From positions 62,001 to 126,000 of the forward strand of contig MCFH01000086.1 of assembly GCA_002104945.1 (NCBI GenBank): a DNA stretch of 64,000 nt, in the 5' to 3' direction. Source of the stretch: Piromyces finnis finn. Its lineage: Eukaryota; Fungi; Neocallimastigomycota. Position 1 is the first letter of the stretch. Every line of letters begins with the position of its first letter. A program made the translations under genes and the position numbers. The notes beneath the pieces were generated by a model. It was not told the DNA's origin and made no database searches. It saw only the letters and a program-made list of their open reading frames with translations. This document shows positions 12,994 to 31,479 of the stretch, piece after piece.

Positions 12994-15900
12994 TACTTTA
13001 ATATATTAATATACTTTAATTATTATTTACTTAAAAAAAAAAACACCAGAAATATTTACTTTTATTTTTTTTTTCTTAAAAATTTTAAAATTATCAATAT
13101 TATTATACTATTCAAAAATAAATAAGATAATTAGTATTATCATTAATATTAAAATATTAAAATTATATAAATTAATATTTACAAATATTTTCCAATTTTT
13201 TTTATTAAAAAATATAAAAAAGGAAAAAGGTTTATATTATATATTATTAAATAGAAACAATATATATAAAGTTAGTATATTTATTGCGAGTTAAGTTATA
13301 AAATCTTTCTTTTTATTTTTAAATAGAAATATTAATTAAATCAATATTTATATATTTTTGTTTATTATTATAATAGCAAGAATATTTGTAATAAATAATG
13401 TAACTTATTTTTTCTAGAATTGTAATCATAAAAAAAAGATATTTCTAATTTAAATATTAATTTCTGTAATTAATAATTACTTTAAAAATTATGATATTAT
13501 GTTTATATCTATATCACTTATATACTTTTATGTTTATAAATGAATTATTTTAATTTTAAAGATAACTTTTTTCTATGTTTATATTATTATAATAAATATT
13601 TTTCATTTTTATTATTTACTTATTATCAATTCAAGATTTTAAGATTTTTACTCTTTTCTTCCTTACTATCTTTTTTTTTTTTTTTTTTTAATTTGTTCTT
13701 CTATTAAACTTTTTAAAAAAAATAGTTATGAAAAAAAAAAATAAAGTTATGAAAAAAAAAAAAGGCATATAATATTTTAAATGATAATATGATTAATTAA
13801 AATTAATTATATTTCCAATATATTATATTATAATAATATGTATATATATTATGAGATTTAACAATATATTTGAAATAAAATAAACATCAAACATCAAAAA
13901 TAATATATTATATATATTTTGATTTAATTTATATATACATAGAATTTATTATATAATATATTTAGCCATACTTTAGTTTTTAATCAAATATAAAACTAAA
14001 ATAAATATAAAAATTTCAAATAAATTAATATCAATATTAAACACAAATTATTTATTCCAAACTTCAATTTATAACTTCGTATATAATGATATATTAATAT
14101 TAATTATTTAATACAGTTTTATTATAATATTTATTATTAAAAAATTTTTTAGTATAAATTTTATTAAATGAAAAAATTAATTATTTCATAGTAAAAATAT
14201 TATTCCTTAGAATGTTGATATAATTTCCAATATTTATAATATTTATGGTAAGACTAAAACAGTCATAAAAATACAATCTAATTATTAAAGGAAAATCAAT
14301 AAGTATAATACCATTTCTTCTATATTGCCATTATCCAAATCATTATTCAAGGGTATTAAGAATGTCGACACCAACAAAAGAATATCAAAGGTTTATTCTG
14401 TGAAAAAAGAGAAAATAAAAGATGCTTAATTTCAACTCTATCATTGTAAATTTAATTTATTTAATAACGAGTATCGGTTAATAAAGTATGTTTATTATTA
14501 TTATTATTATTAAATGTTAAAATAAAATAGTACTGTTAAATTAATTTTTTTGTTTTGTTTGATTAATCATTTTACATTACATTAAAAGATAGAATATTAA
14601 ATTTCATATAATTTTTTGTGGTATTAACCCTATTCTCTCTCACAAAAAAAAAAAAAAAAAAAAAAATCTTTATAAATAAAATCATAAAATTGTCTTTAAT
14701 TCTATTTTTTTTTTTTTTTTCAAAAATAAAAAAAATATTAATTTGTCTATTTTTCCACTTAATAAAAGATTAATATTTATTAAATAATATAATCTTAAAT
14801 ATATTAATTATATATAATTATATATTGGTTATAAATGTAAAGTTAAATACTTAATCTTTTAATTTAAACTTTGTGAAATATAATATATAACATTAAAATG
14901 TTATTGTCATATTATAATTTAATTTAAATAAAATTTTATTTATTTATACAGAAACTTAATAAAAATTATTTTAGTTAGTATAATAAAATGAAAAATATTC
15001 CATTATTGATATTTAATATTAATTATAACAATAATATTCTAATTAATAGAAGGCAATATAAAGAAATAAAACATTCTTATTTTTTGAAAGAATATTAATT
15101 TATTTATATTTAATCTTTAAAACTAATGATTTAATTTGTATATAAAAAAAAGATTAAGTTTTATTAAAGTTTTTAAACTTTAATTATATCTTATTTCATA
15201 ATATATTATCTGTACTACATAAATAAATAAATAAGATAATAATTAATGATAATAATCGTTTGGTATTACTATTTATTATTATTAATAGTGATTATTAACG
15301 AAGGGTAAAGAGAAAAGATTTTTTATTTATAGCAGTAATATATATTAGAGAAAGAATAATATACTTTTCATTATACATCATGAATAAAAAAAATTATTCT
15401 GTTTAATTCAAAATAATTAATACTAATTATTTGTTTGTTATATATTTATTAATTTATTAAAAAATCTATTTTAATTGAATTATATTATTATATTTATAAA
15501 AATACAGTTATTAATAATATAACCAGTATAACCCAAATTATAATAAATTTAAGTAATATTTAGTTATAGTAATTATTAAAAGAAAAAAAAGATAAATATT
15601 AAATTTTGTATATAATGATCCAAAATATATTATAAGAAAGAAAAAAATTCTTACTGAAAACATTAAAATGTAATGGTAACAATACGTCAATATAATATAT
15701 GCACAAATTTATATTAGAATTTGATATCATTTATTTATTGCTGTTTATATACTTTATTAATGAAAAATACCATATTATTCATATAAAATTTAATTTTATA
15801 AAATTTAAATTTCATTTATATTTCAATAATCTATTACTGCAACAACTATCATTATTATCATTTTTATTTAATTTATTTTTTTAAATAATAATAAGCATGC

Positions 15901-17513
15901 AATTAATTTTGTAAAATTTAAAAATAATAGTTTTAATATTTATTTTTTTAGCAATTTTTATTAGAACGATTGTTATTTTCGATATATTCTGTTAATGTTT
16001 ATTTTTAATTACATAGTATATAAAATAACATCTTTTTTTATTAAAAAAAATTATCAGATTCGCCTTTTAGTCAACATAATTGTTATGTTTTTTTTTCTTA
16101 ATAAAATGTTAAAAAAAGAAAAGAGTCAATTATTAATCTAAAATTGTAAATTTTAGCGCTAAATCATTTTGATATAGCTAAAAAAGAGAAATAATCATCA
16201 ATATCTTTTTTTTTATCACCAAATGAATAAAAAGGTGATAATTAAAGAAAAAATATATAATTATCTCAATCTTTTTTATTTTAGCTAAAATATTTTAAAT
16301 TATATAATTTCTCATTTTCAATCTTTTTTTTATTAGAAAAAAAAACCTGTTTACCAAAGATATCATCATGTTTCTCCAATGTTATAAATATACTACTATT
16401 GTTATATACATTCTAAAATCTAAAATTATTTTAAATTTTTTTGTATATAAAATCTTCTAAATATTTTTTGTAATATAAAAATAAAAATTTTTAAACAGTT
16501 TCAATTATTTATAAATTATGCATATAATTATTTATTATAATTGATTGGGTTTATATTAATATATTTATAAAAAAGATTTTGACTATTAGAAAAAAATTAA
16601 TAAATGTATAATTCATTTTCTTTTACTTAATATAAATTAATGTTAATTAATATAATTAAACAATTAATTAATATTTAGCAATTTACATTAAATTTATTAC
16701 TTTGCAAAAATATTATTATTAATATAATAATTGTATTTTATTTTTTTAACAATCAAGTATAGTATAATTTAAAAAAAAAAATATTGATAAATAAAATATT
16801 TTTTTTCTAACTATTATTTATTAAAGATATCATAATTTAAGAAATATATTAGTATATTTTAAAATAATATTAATAAATATTTTTTTCAAACATTTTATTG
16901 AATTATGTAAAATTATAAAAAGGTATAAAATTGATTATTCTTATATTGGTAAAAAATATAATAAAAGAATCTAATATATATATATAAATCATTAATATTA
17001 TATTTCGAAAGATATATATATATAAATAATTGAAAGAAATTATTGCATTAATTTTTAATTACTTACTAATTATTTTCATTCATTTTTATTAACCTATATT
17101 TATATATAAAGAATTTTTTAACAAATATGTTTTAAAAGCATGTATATAACTTTTATAAAATTTTCATTATTATAAAACAATAAAATAAAAACATAAAAGC
17201 TCATTATATTATGATATAGCAACAAAAACAATTCATAATGAAAGAAAAAATATTTAAGAAAAAATATATATATATGAACATTAAAAGTATTATAATACAA
17301 AATATAACAACCAATAATCTTTTATACTCTAAATTATTGTATAATAAATAACAATAATTAAAAACAAAAACGAAATAAAATAAAACAAACAAAGAAAAAA
17401 ATAATAATAATTTATTTATATATATTTCACAATCTTTAAGTGATTTTAATAAATAAATAAATACTTTTAAATTCTACCTTAATTATCATTATTTCATGAT
17501 AATTAAATAAGAA

Positions 17514-21696
<4,183 letters not shown>

Positions 21697-22766
21697 AATA
21701 ACGATTAAGCTTTCACCCTTTTATTTGTATAATTTTATAATTACTACTATTTATTAATTTAATAAATATTTAATTAAATTTATTTAAAATTAAATTCTTT
21801 TTTTTTTTTTTCAATAATATTATATACCAATAATATTTTAAAATATTTTAAAATATTATTATTACTATGAAAAAATAAAGTAAGAATTTTATAACTATTT
21901 TATTTATATATTCTTATTCTATTTATTAAAAAAGATTATCATCAATAGTAATAAAAAAAGATAGTACTTTTTTTCTATATATAATTTACTTTTATAACAG
22001 TTAATTTTTTTAAAAAAATTTTATTATTTATTAAGATTTATTAAAAATTTAATTTTATCTGGTAAAATAATTATTGTTAAGCCGTTTTTTTATTTATTTT
22101 TTTCTATTATATAATTAAACATATTAAATAATACATTTTTAATTAGTATTAATATATTATTAATATTAAAATTTTGATTAAATTCAATATATTCATTATT
22201 ATATAAATTTTTAAAATGTATATTTTTTTTTTAGTAATAAAAATTTTTAATTTAGTATACATTTAAAAGTGCCGTTTTTTTTATTTATATTTATATATAT
22301 TTTTATTATTGTTTAATTTTTATTAAAAATATATTAGTTATTTTGTTTCCTTATTTTTTTAAAATATATAAATATGATTATTTCCCATTACAATTTAATC
22401 TTCATTTAATATTTAAATCAGATAAATATAATAATTGTTTTAGTAATTGAAGGTCATATAAATCTAATTATAACATAGTAATTAATTTAAAAATATTAAA
22501 AGTATTTATTAATAAAAGTATTTTCCTTTATAAATATATAAAGAAAAAGCAATTTAATAAATATTTTAAAATATTACTGTAAAATTTTAATAAATTTAAT
22601 TGTATAATAGTTTTTAGTTTTTATTATAATAAATATTAACAATAATTAATAAAAATTAATTGATATCATAATAACAATAGTAGTATTAATAGAAATATAA
22701 AAAAGTAATTCAAATAATTTATTATTGTAATATATATACATACATATATTTTATAAAATAATAAAA

Positions 22767-24383
22767 ATGAAATCATTAAATAATTTAATTATAAGTCTTG
22801 TTTTATTAACAACTGCTCAATGTGGTTTAATTAAAAGAAATACTGGGTCAATTAATGATTTTTCAAGATATTCAGGTTTAACAGAATTAATTAATGCCAA
22901 TAAAGCTAATTTCCAAAATATTTTCAAAGATGGACCAATTTACTCAGGTGAAGGTACTGCATATGGTGCAGCTACAAATGGAGGAAATTGTTTATTCCCA
23001 AAAGATGAATATTATAAAGATATGATGTATGCTGCATTAAATAGAGATCAATATTTAAATGATTTGGGTAAGTATATATATGATAAATAGTTTGTTAACA
23101 TTAATGAATAATAATTTATATTAAATATATATTTATTTCAATGCCACTTCATAAAAGGATGTGGGGCATGTGCTTTAGTAGTTTCAACTAGTAACCCATA
23201 TAAACCAATTCGAATTCGTGTCATTGATCAATGTCCAGAATGTAAACACGGAGATCTTGATTTTAGTGATAAAGCTTATAAAGCTTTAACTAATCAATCT
23301 CCTGGAAGAATAAAGATTACATGGGCACTCATTCCATGCGATATTCCAGTTGAAGAATATCCAGCATTAGTTCCTAAAGGATCAGACATTAAATTCCAAT
23401 TTAAAACTGGTAGTTCAGCTACTTGGACTGAAATCCAAGTTTTTAATACAAGATACCCAGTTGCTAAATTCGAAGCAAAAGTAAATGGTAATTATGAACA
23501 ATTGAAACGTCGTGATTATAATTATTGGGGAAAAGAAGGTGGAGCCGGTCTAGGAAATGGCCCATTTGAATTTAGAGTAACTTTAGCCGATGGTTCTGTT
23601 ATTACAGCAACAAATGTTGAATTTGCTATTCAAGGAAATGATGAAGATGCTACTTTCTCTTCTGGAAAGCAAACCGTTACTGGTGGAACAAGTAGCTCAG
23701 GTGGGAGTTTTCAAGAAAATTCTCCAAATCCTCAAAACAATAATAATAATAACAATAATCTTGGCAATATTGGTGGTAATAATATGCCATCAGTTCCGAA
23801 ACAAGTTACATCTTCAAATTCAACTACAAAGACTGTTACATTAGGTAATACAAAAACTATTCCTCCAAATTTAGGTAACAATAATACAATTTCTGTAAAA
23901 ACAGTTCCCTCTGTTTCTCCTACTACTCAAAATAATAATCCAAAAACCAATTCAGTAATAACTTCAAAAACAATACCAAACATTGGAAGTATTCCAACAC
24001 AAGTTATTCCAAGCATTAATTCAAAGAATATCCCAACTAATTCCCAAACAAATAATAATAGTAATTCAAACACTAAATCTGTACCAGAAACTAGCATTAA
24101 TTCGTCACCAAATTCCAACAGCAATAAAGATAATTCATGGGGCAATTGGTGGGGAAACAATGACTGGTTTAAAGGATGGGATAAATGGGGAAAAAACAAT
24201 AATTCTAACCCATGGGGATGGGGAAATATGTGGGGATGGAATAATAAGAATAATGCTGACTCTAGTCCATGGGGATGGGGAAATTGGATGAAAGGATGGA
24301 AAAATAGTGATTTTGTTTCCTATAAACCAAGTAACAATAGCACATCAGCCTCCGATAAATGGTGGATCAAGAACCAATGGTAA
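22767..24383 (+). CDS. Secreted bacterial-type expansin (EXLX1/YoaJ-like, DPBB + CBM63), S/T/N/P linker, Trp-rich C-terminal tail; one intron (23068-23157)
   Basis: Signal peptide, then GEGTAYG..GGNC, YAALN, GCGAC, IDQCPEC..GDLDFS, GRIKITW, IQVFNTRYPVAKFE, RRDYNYW and GPFEFRVT. Confidence 0.9.
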
Positions 24384-24816
24384 AAAATAAAAAAATAAAA
24401 AAAAAAAAAAAAATAATAATAAGTAAAAATGTAATATCTTGTTATATTATTTTCTATTTCTTTAATATCTCAATTTATATTTATTTAATAATTTTTATTA
24501 TACTTTGTATGTATATTTTTTTTTTTTTTTTTTTTTTTTTGACTTATTTATTAAAATTAATTAAAAAGTTAATTTGTTCATTAATAAAAAGTATTTTATT
24601 TCAAATATTACAAAATTATTTATATAAAATTATTTATATTATTTTATTTTTGAAAAACAAATATCTTTATTCGTGTTTTTAATTTATATTAATAAAAAAG
24701 ATAAAAAAGAATAAAAAAAAAAAAAGGAGTTAAATAATATTATTATAATAATTATGAATAATAGATTAGAAAATAAAATATATATTTGTATTGTTTTAAT
24801 CAATCTAAAAAAAAAA

Positions 24817-27800
24817 TTAATTTAAATTTGTTTTCATTAATTCTCTAAACTTAAATATATATGAAAGTTTTTGTTTTACATCTTTAGGTATAGGTTGGTC
24901 TAAATAGTAACTATAATATAAAAAATATATAGAATTATAAGAATATTATTTTATATTTATTAGTTGAAGAAAATATTGTATTTTAAATTAATACTTACAT
25001 TATATGTTTTTTATAATTAATATCTTGATAATTAAGATATTGTAATTGGTTTGGTTTTCTTGACTCTAAAATAATATTTGTGCCATCAATAAAAAAAATT
25101 GAAAATTTTCCATAAGTTTTAATACACCAACCAACTTTTGGTATAAATGTAGTCATGGAATTAGAAGATATGCTAGATAGGGAAGAAGATGTTGATAGAG
25201 ACTCATTTGGTTGACTTTTATTTGCATTAGTAACTGTTGCTGATGAAGTGGCATTAGAAGAAATAGTAATTGGTGATGAATTTCTCTTTAATTGAGAAAA
25301 ATCATGTATAGAATTCTCATTAGTTTTTGATATATCTAAATTAAATAATAAATATAAATTAATTAAAAGCTGATTTGAATTTAAATTAATATTTTTAATT
25401 ACTATCATTGATTTACCATCATAATTTTCTTTATTACTAGTTTCACTTATTGATGCTAATATTTCTGAATTGGAATAAATATTTGAGGAACATAAATTCT
25501 TTTTCGAATTTAGATTCATTTCTGAATGAGCCTTACGTAACAAACCCTCTGAGACTATGAAAATAATATTAAATTTATTAATTAATTATTATTAAAGAAT
25601 TTTATAATTTTACTAATATTAGTTTGTGACAAAAATAAAAATTTACTTACATTTATTATGCTTATTATTTTTGGATTGTAAATAAGACGTTGAATAAATG
25701 TTATTATTATTTTTATTAAATGTCGTCTGATTTATTGACATTGAACTCGAATTAAATAAAGTTGTTGATTGAATACTGTTTGCAGTATTATCGGTCGTAT
25801 AATTGTCTATTTTTTTTATAGCGCTATTTGAAATATTTTGCTCTATTTGTTTGAAATAAAAAAAATTATATATTTAATATAAATAAATATTATATATAAT
25901 TATTTTAATAATAGCTATTACCTTGAGATGTTTGATTTATTTTATTTGTGATTGATGATGAAATAATTCCTTCTGTATCATCATTAATAATATGAGAAGA
26001 AGAATTCTTTTCATTTAATAATAGATTTGAATTTGTGCTAGGAGGAATGTGATTGATAGAATATACATTATTAATAGATGCATTTTCTTCCTCTAATTTT
26101 TTATCTTCCATTACTTTACATTTAACAATTAAAGGGTATTTTGATATGTTTTTATTACTCTGGAAAGAAAGACATTGCTTAAAACATACTTGAAAATGAT
26201 TTATTATTGGATAAACAATAGATGGATCATGTTCATTTATATGCTCAATTAATTTTGTTGATAACAAATATGATGAATCAAAATTTGAAATCGGTATCTT
26301 TACTGAAAAAAAATTATTTTTTATTGCTTTTACATTTACATTATTCATAATGTTTTGTTCTTCTAAATATTTAGTTGGAAAACTAATTTCGATAGCTTGA
26401 TGTGATATACGAAGACTCAATTTTACATCATTATAAAACCTCATCTCAAAATCAGGATATGGTTGATTTTCCATTAGAAGACATTGTGCTTGAGAAGAAT
26501 AAAATATTATCTTCGGGGTTTTGGAACGAATATACTGAATAATTTTCGATATTGCAGAATATATTGAATACAATGATGAAGGAAGATTTCTAAAAATATA
26601 TACCGTTTTAGGTGCATTTGATTTTAGGATATTTTCTCCTGATTCAGTTTCGGAAAATGAATCTTTATTATAAACAGAAATCTAATTATGTTTTTAATAA
26701 TAAAAATAATATATATATATATATGTGTGTGTGTGTATGTATTTATATATTTATAATTTATTATTTTTTAATCAATAAATTAATTAATTAATTAATTAAT
26801 ATATTTTTAAACTATTATAATCATTATTATTTTTTACATTACCTTCTCACCCTTTCCATTAATTATTAATATATAATTGTCTTTGGTAAATCTAACAAAA
26901 ACATGACCACTTTTTAAAATTTCTAATTTTCCAGCTTTAAAAGAAACCTTACATGGTTTTAACCTTTCTGTTGATATAATAATATTTTCATCTTCATGTT
27001 TTAAATTAACCGGTGATAATGATAAAGATGTATGTGGTTGTTTAATTGATGATAAAGAATGCTGTTTTCTGATTCCATGATTAAATTTAATGTTTTCTGA
27101 AACTGAAAATTTACTATCAAAATTGTCAGATGATTTTTTTGATTTCGGTATATTTTGAAAATCATTTAACACCATGTTTGAATAATTGTTATTTAATTCA
27201 TTTATATCATAATCTAATAATACATTATTATTTGATAATATTTTTGAGTCTCTATAATATATATTGGAATCTTTAATATTATCAATGTTGTTATTTGATG
27301 TTTTAATATTTTCTATTGATGGATTCGTAGATGATATTGATGATGTATATGGTTGAGAATTATATTTATCATTCAAATTTAAACTACTTGATTTTGATAA
27401 TGGATAACTTTTATATTTTTTATTATAATTTTCATATATATTAGAAGGATTTCTTATATCATTTATTTGATTATTAATATTATTAACATTTGTGCTGGTA
27501 TCATTATTTATATTAATATTATCAGTGTTGCTACTATTATGTTGTATTCGGTCTAATATATTAGATTTATTTTCATTTTTATCATTTTCTTTTGTTAATG
27601 AATTATTATATAAAAAATTATAATTTAAAATCTTTTCTTTTTTAATAGCTGAGGAAGTTATATTTGAGGTATCATGATTATAATAAATATTTTTATTAAA
27701 ATCATTATTAGGATTTTGATCAACTTTTTTTCTATTTAACTTATTTTGATTCTCTTTATTTGGTATATCATATAACTCTGAAGGTTTATTTTTATTATCA

Positions 27801-29726
27801 TTCTCTTTTTCATTTATATTTATATTTATATTATTGTTATCAAAATTTTGATTACTTAAATGATGATAGTTGAAAATATTATTTTGCTTTGTGCTTTCAG
27901 GTTTCCCATTAATATATTTATTATATTTATTTTTATTTTCTAAAGTTAGTATAATTTTTTCATCTTGCTTAACATTTACTTCATGGTTTTTAACACTTTT
28001 TGTAAATTCTTCATATTTATTTTCTTTATTTTCATTATCATGTTCTTTATTATACATATCAATCAGCATTTTATTATGCAATTTCATGGAAAGATCTGCC
28101 AATATCTTACTACTTTCGTTGATACTATTGATGATCGGAGTTAATAATTTTGATGGTCTTCCTGTCTTAAAAAACAAATGGTCTAATATTTTATCTAATG
28201 AAATTCGTTTTACTGGATCCTTAATTTTAAAATTAATTTCATTTATTAATTAAATTATAATTTAAATTATCAATTTAATAAATAATTCATATATATTAAA
28301 TAATAATTATATAATATAAAATAGTAATCTCTTTAAAAATCTAGTTTAAGTATATTTTGTCTCGCTTACCTTTTGTAATAGTTTATCTATTAAATCTGCT
28401 GCGGTTACTGATATATAGCTCGGTATTTCATATGAAACATTAATAACTTTTTCTAAGGTTTTTGGGATTTCTTTACACTTTATTGTTTTTAATAATATAT
28501 TAATATTGTTTTTAATATTATTTAAACTTATAATAAATAAATAATTTAACTATTAAATACTTCAAAAGGTGGTTTTCCAGTTAATAAAGTTACAAAAAGG
28601 CAACCTATTGACCATATGTCTGTTGGTAAGCTATATGGTTGACGTTGTATAATTTCACTTTATATATTATATATAAATATACAATTAATAAACGTTTATT
28701 TTATAATAAGAAAATTTCTTTATATTTCAATTAAAAAAGTAATTGATATTTACGGTGCTATATAATTTGGTGTACCACATAATGTATATTGTTCACTATT
28801 TGATTCATTTAATTGTGTTGCTAATCCAAAATCACCAATTTTCTTTCAAGTTTATTAATTTTTATTTATAATAAAGATTTATATATTAATGTTTATATTA
28901 TTAATAATTAATAATTAAATAAAATAATTTTATAATTAAATATATATTATCTAGAAAATTATATACCAATTTATAATTAGAAGTTAAAAATAAATTTGCT
29001 AATTTTAAATCCCTATGTAAAATTCCACGATGATGTAAATATTTAACACCTTCTACTAATTGTTCCATAACGCTTTTTACTTCCTCTTCAGGCAATTTTT
29101 TGCGTTTTTGTAAATATTTATACAATTCACCATTCTCACAATATTCCATTATTAAATATACATATTCTTCCGTTTCTGAAAAATTATATAATCGAAGTAT
29201 TGAAGGATGATTTAAATGATATTGAATTTCAATTTCATTTCTAATTCTTTTAATCATTTTTATAGCACTTATTTTCTTAATATTAATCTAAAATAAATTT
29301 ATTAAATAGTAATTAATTACAAAAAAAAAATAATAAATAAAATGAAATTTACAATTTTTCACTTACTCTTTTAATTGCAACTACTTCACCAAAAGATTTT
29401 TCATTTAAACTGACTGCTTTAAATACTTCACCAAAAGCACCTTTTCCTAACAAAGGGCCAAATTGATAATCCTTATTTTTTTTTAATTAATAAATCAATT
29501 TTTTTTATTTAAATTTATATTTTTAATCAAATTAAAATGAAAGAATATTATATATTATAAAATAGTTAAATTTCTAAAAATTTATATATACCTTTATATC
29601 CTTTGAAAAGTGATGTGCATTTTTTTCTCTAGCATTTGCTGATGAATTTGAATATTGATTATTCAATTTATTAATTATATTATTCTTCTGGATATATTCA
29701 TTTTGGTTGTATAAATTATATTGCAT
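24817..29726 (-). CDS. PLK4: Polo-like kinase 4 (SAK), centriole duplication kinase, multi-exon
   Basis: Kinase motifs [21 protein letters not shown] and [12 protein letters not shown]. Cryptic polo boxes [16 protein letters not shown] and [34 protein letters not shown] (human [34 protein letters not shown]). PB3 FIPKVGW...IFFIDGT, and a last exon [12 protein letters not shown]. Confidence 0.9.
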
Positions 29727-31479
29727 TTTTTTTTTTTTTTTTTTATTTTGCTTTTTTTTTTTTTTCTTTTTTTTTTAGTTTTAGTTTTTGTTTTTCTTTG
29801 TTTCTTTCTTTCTTTTATAGTTGTATATATCAATTGATTTATCTCTTTATTAATATTCCTTCTTAATTATTATTTTGAATTTTATTAGAATATAATGAAA
29901 GATTTTCATGTTAAATAACTTCAGTATAACATTATACGTTTTTTAGGAATTATATTATTAAATCTTTTTGAAATTCAGATTTTGAATATAATTAATAATT
30001 TTTGCTAGAAATTTGAATTTTAAATAAAAAAAAATAAAAATAAAAAATAATTAATATTTTTTGATATAATTACCAATTATTAATTTTATTTATTTTATTT
30101 ATTTATTATATCTCTATTAATATCTTTTCTTTAACTACCATATTTACATTTAAAAATTATACTATTACTATTAAATAATAATATAAATTTGATAATTAAA
30201 ATACTTCAAAATTATAATTTTTAAATCTCAAATAATTGTAAATTTTTTTTGTAAATTTTTTTTGAAAACTTTTTTTTATTATTTAAAAAAAATATGAAGA
30301 AACAATAAGTTACACAAATTATTTATTTCAATTTACAAAAAAATAAATTTGAAATTTTAAAAAATATAATATTAAAACATTAATATAACTTTATATAAAA
30401 GAAAAATAAAATTTTTGTCTTTTATCTTTTTTTTAAGGATTAATTACAATATTTTTTTTTTCAATTTTTACCATTCATATACTACCATGTATTTTATCTT
30501 TTTTTTTAACTTTAAAATTTTGTACATTTCTTTTTAGAATTTTATTATTTAAGCTATATGATTTTTATATTTAGTTTTAAATCTTCGAATTTGTAACAAT
30601 CCTATAGTTAATTAAAATTTAATTTAATGTATATATTAAATGAATTAAATAATGAAAATTCTATAATATTTAAAAAAACTTTAACACAAATGAATAAAAA
30701 ACAAAGTATAATATATAATATACCCTAATAATTTTAATTGAAGTAAAAAGATCACTATTATACTAAAGAATAATATTATAATTTAACTTCAATAGGATTC
30801 GGCGCGTTTAAACTGTACTGGTTTCTTAATATTTCTTCAGTATTAATGTGGTTGTCGTGTCACTATATTTTTGAGTATCATTACTGTTGGCCAATAGCAT
30901 TAAGCATGGTTTTGGTTAGAAATTCCGCAAGCAACTATTAAAAATGAAAAAAATTTTCATTTAAGTGCATGAGCTTTAAAAGTTTCCTTGAATTATTATT
31001 GTTAAAACCTCATTCATCATGAAAGAGTTTAGATTTTTTGTAAATACTAGAATAATTATTATTTATATTAATATTCACTGATTATTATAAGTATCATTAA
31101 CTATTTAAAATAATTTAAAACTATTATTATTATTATTATTAGCATTTATGCTTAATTTCAAAATTTTAAATTAAAATACAATTTATAAAATAAATTAAAA
31201 AATAAAAAAAAAATGGATATAATAATAATAGAATAATTTACAACTTTAAAATTGCAATGTGAATTTATTGTTCTATATAAAATTTGTACTTTTTAAGTTG
31301 AATTTTATTATTGTTTCAATATTAGTTTTTTTTTTAAAGTTTAATTTCTTTTTTATTTTTTTTTACATATTTTGTTTTATTTTTATTTAAATTATATAAA
31401 TTTACTATATATTTGCTTCATAATAATGTTTTCTTAATTATTTTTATACAATATTTTTATGATGCTTTATTATATTTAG

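Noticed and set aside
14300-14430. Short open frame of higher complexity in the HMGR-MYST spacer
   Set aside because: About 40 codons, with no start, splice partner or motif.
13000-17500. Hidden gene or RNA gene in the long AT-rich spacers (also 36300-38900 and 48100-52000); small ORFs such as 15699-15884, 17118-17392, 38350-38535, 40302-40550
   Set aside because: Only I/L/F/Y/N/K-rich ORFs expected from base composition; no tRNA, snRNA or rRNA signature recognised.
24138-24380. GW/WG Argonaute-hook interpretation of the Trp-rich tail
   Set aside because: The protein has a signal peptide and an extracellular expansin fold, so cytosolic Argonaute binding is implausible.
30880-30945. LLAEFLTKT resembling the copia RNase H LADxxTK motif
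   Set aside because: Stops lie immediately upstream, and there are no other copia motifs or LTRs.
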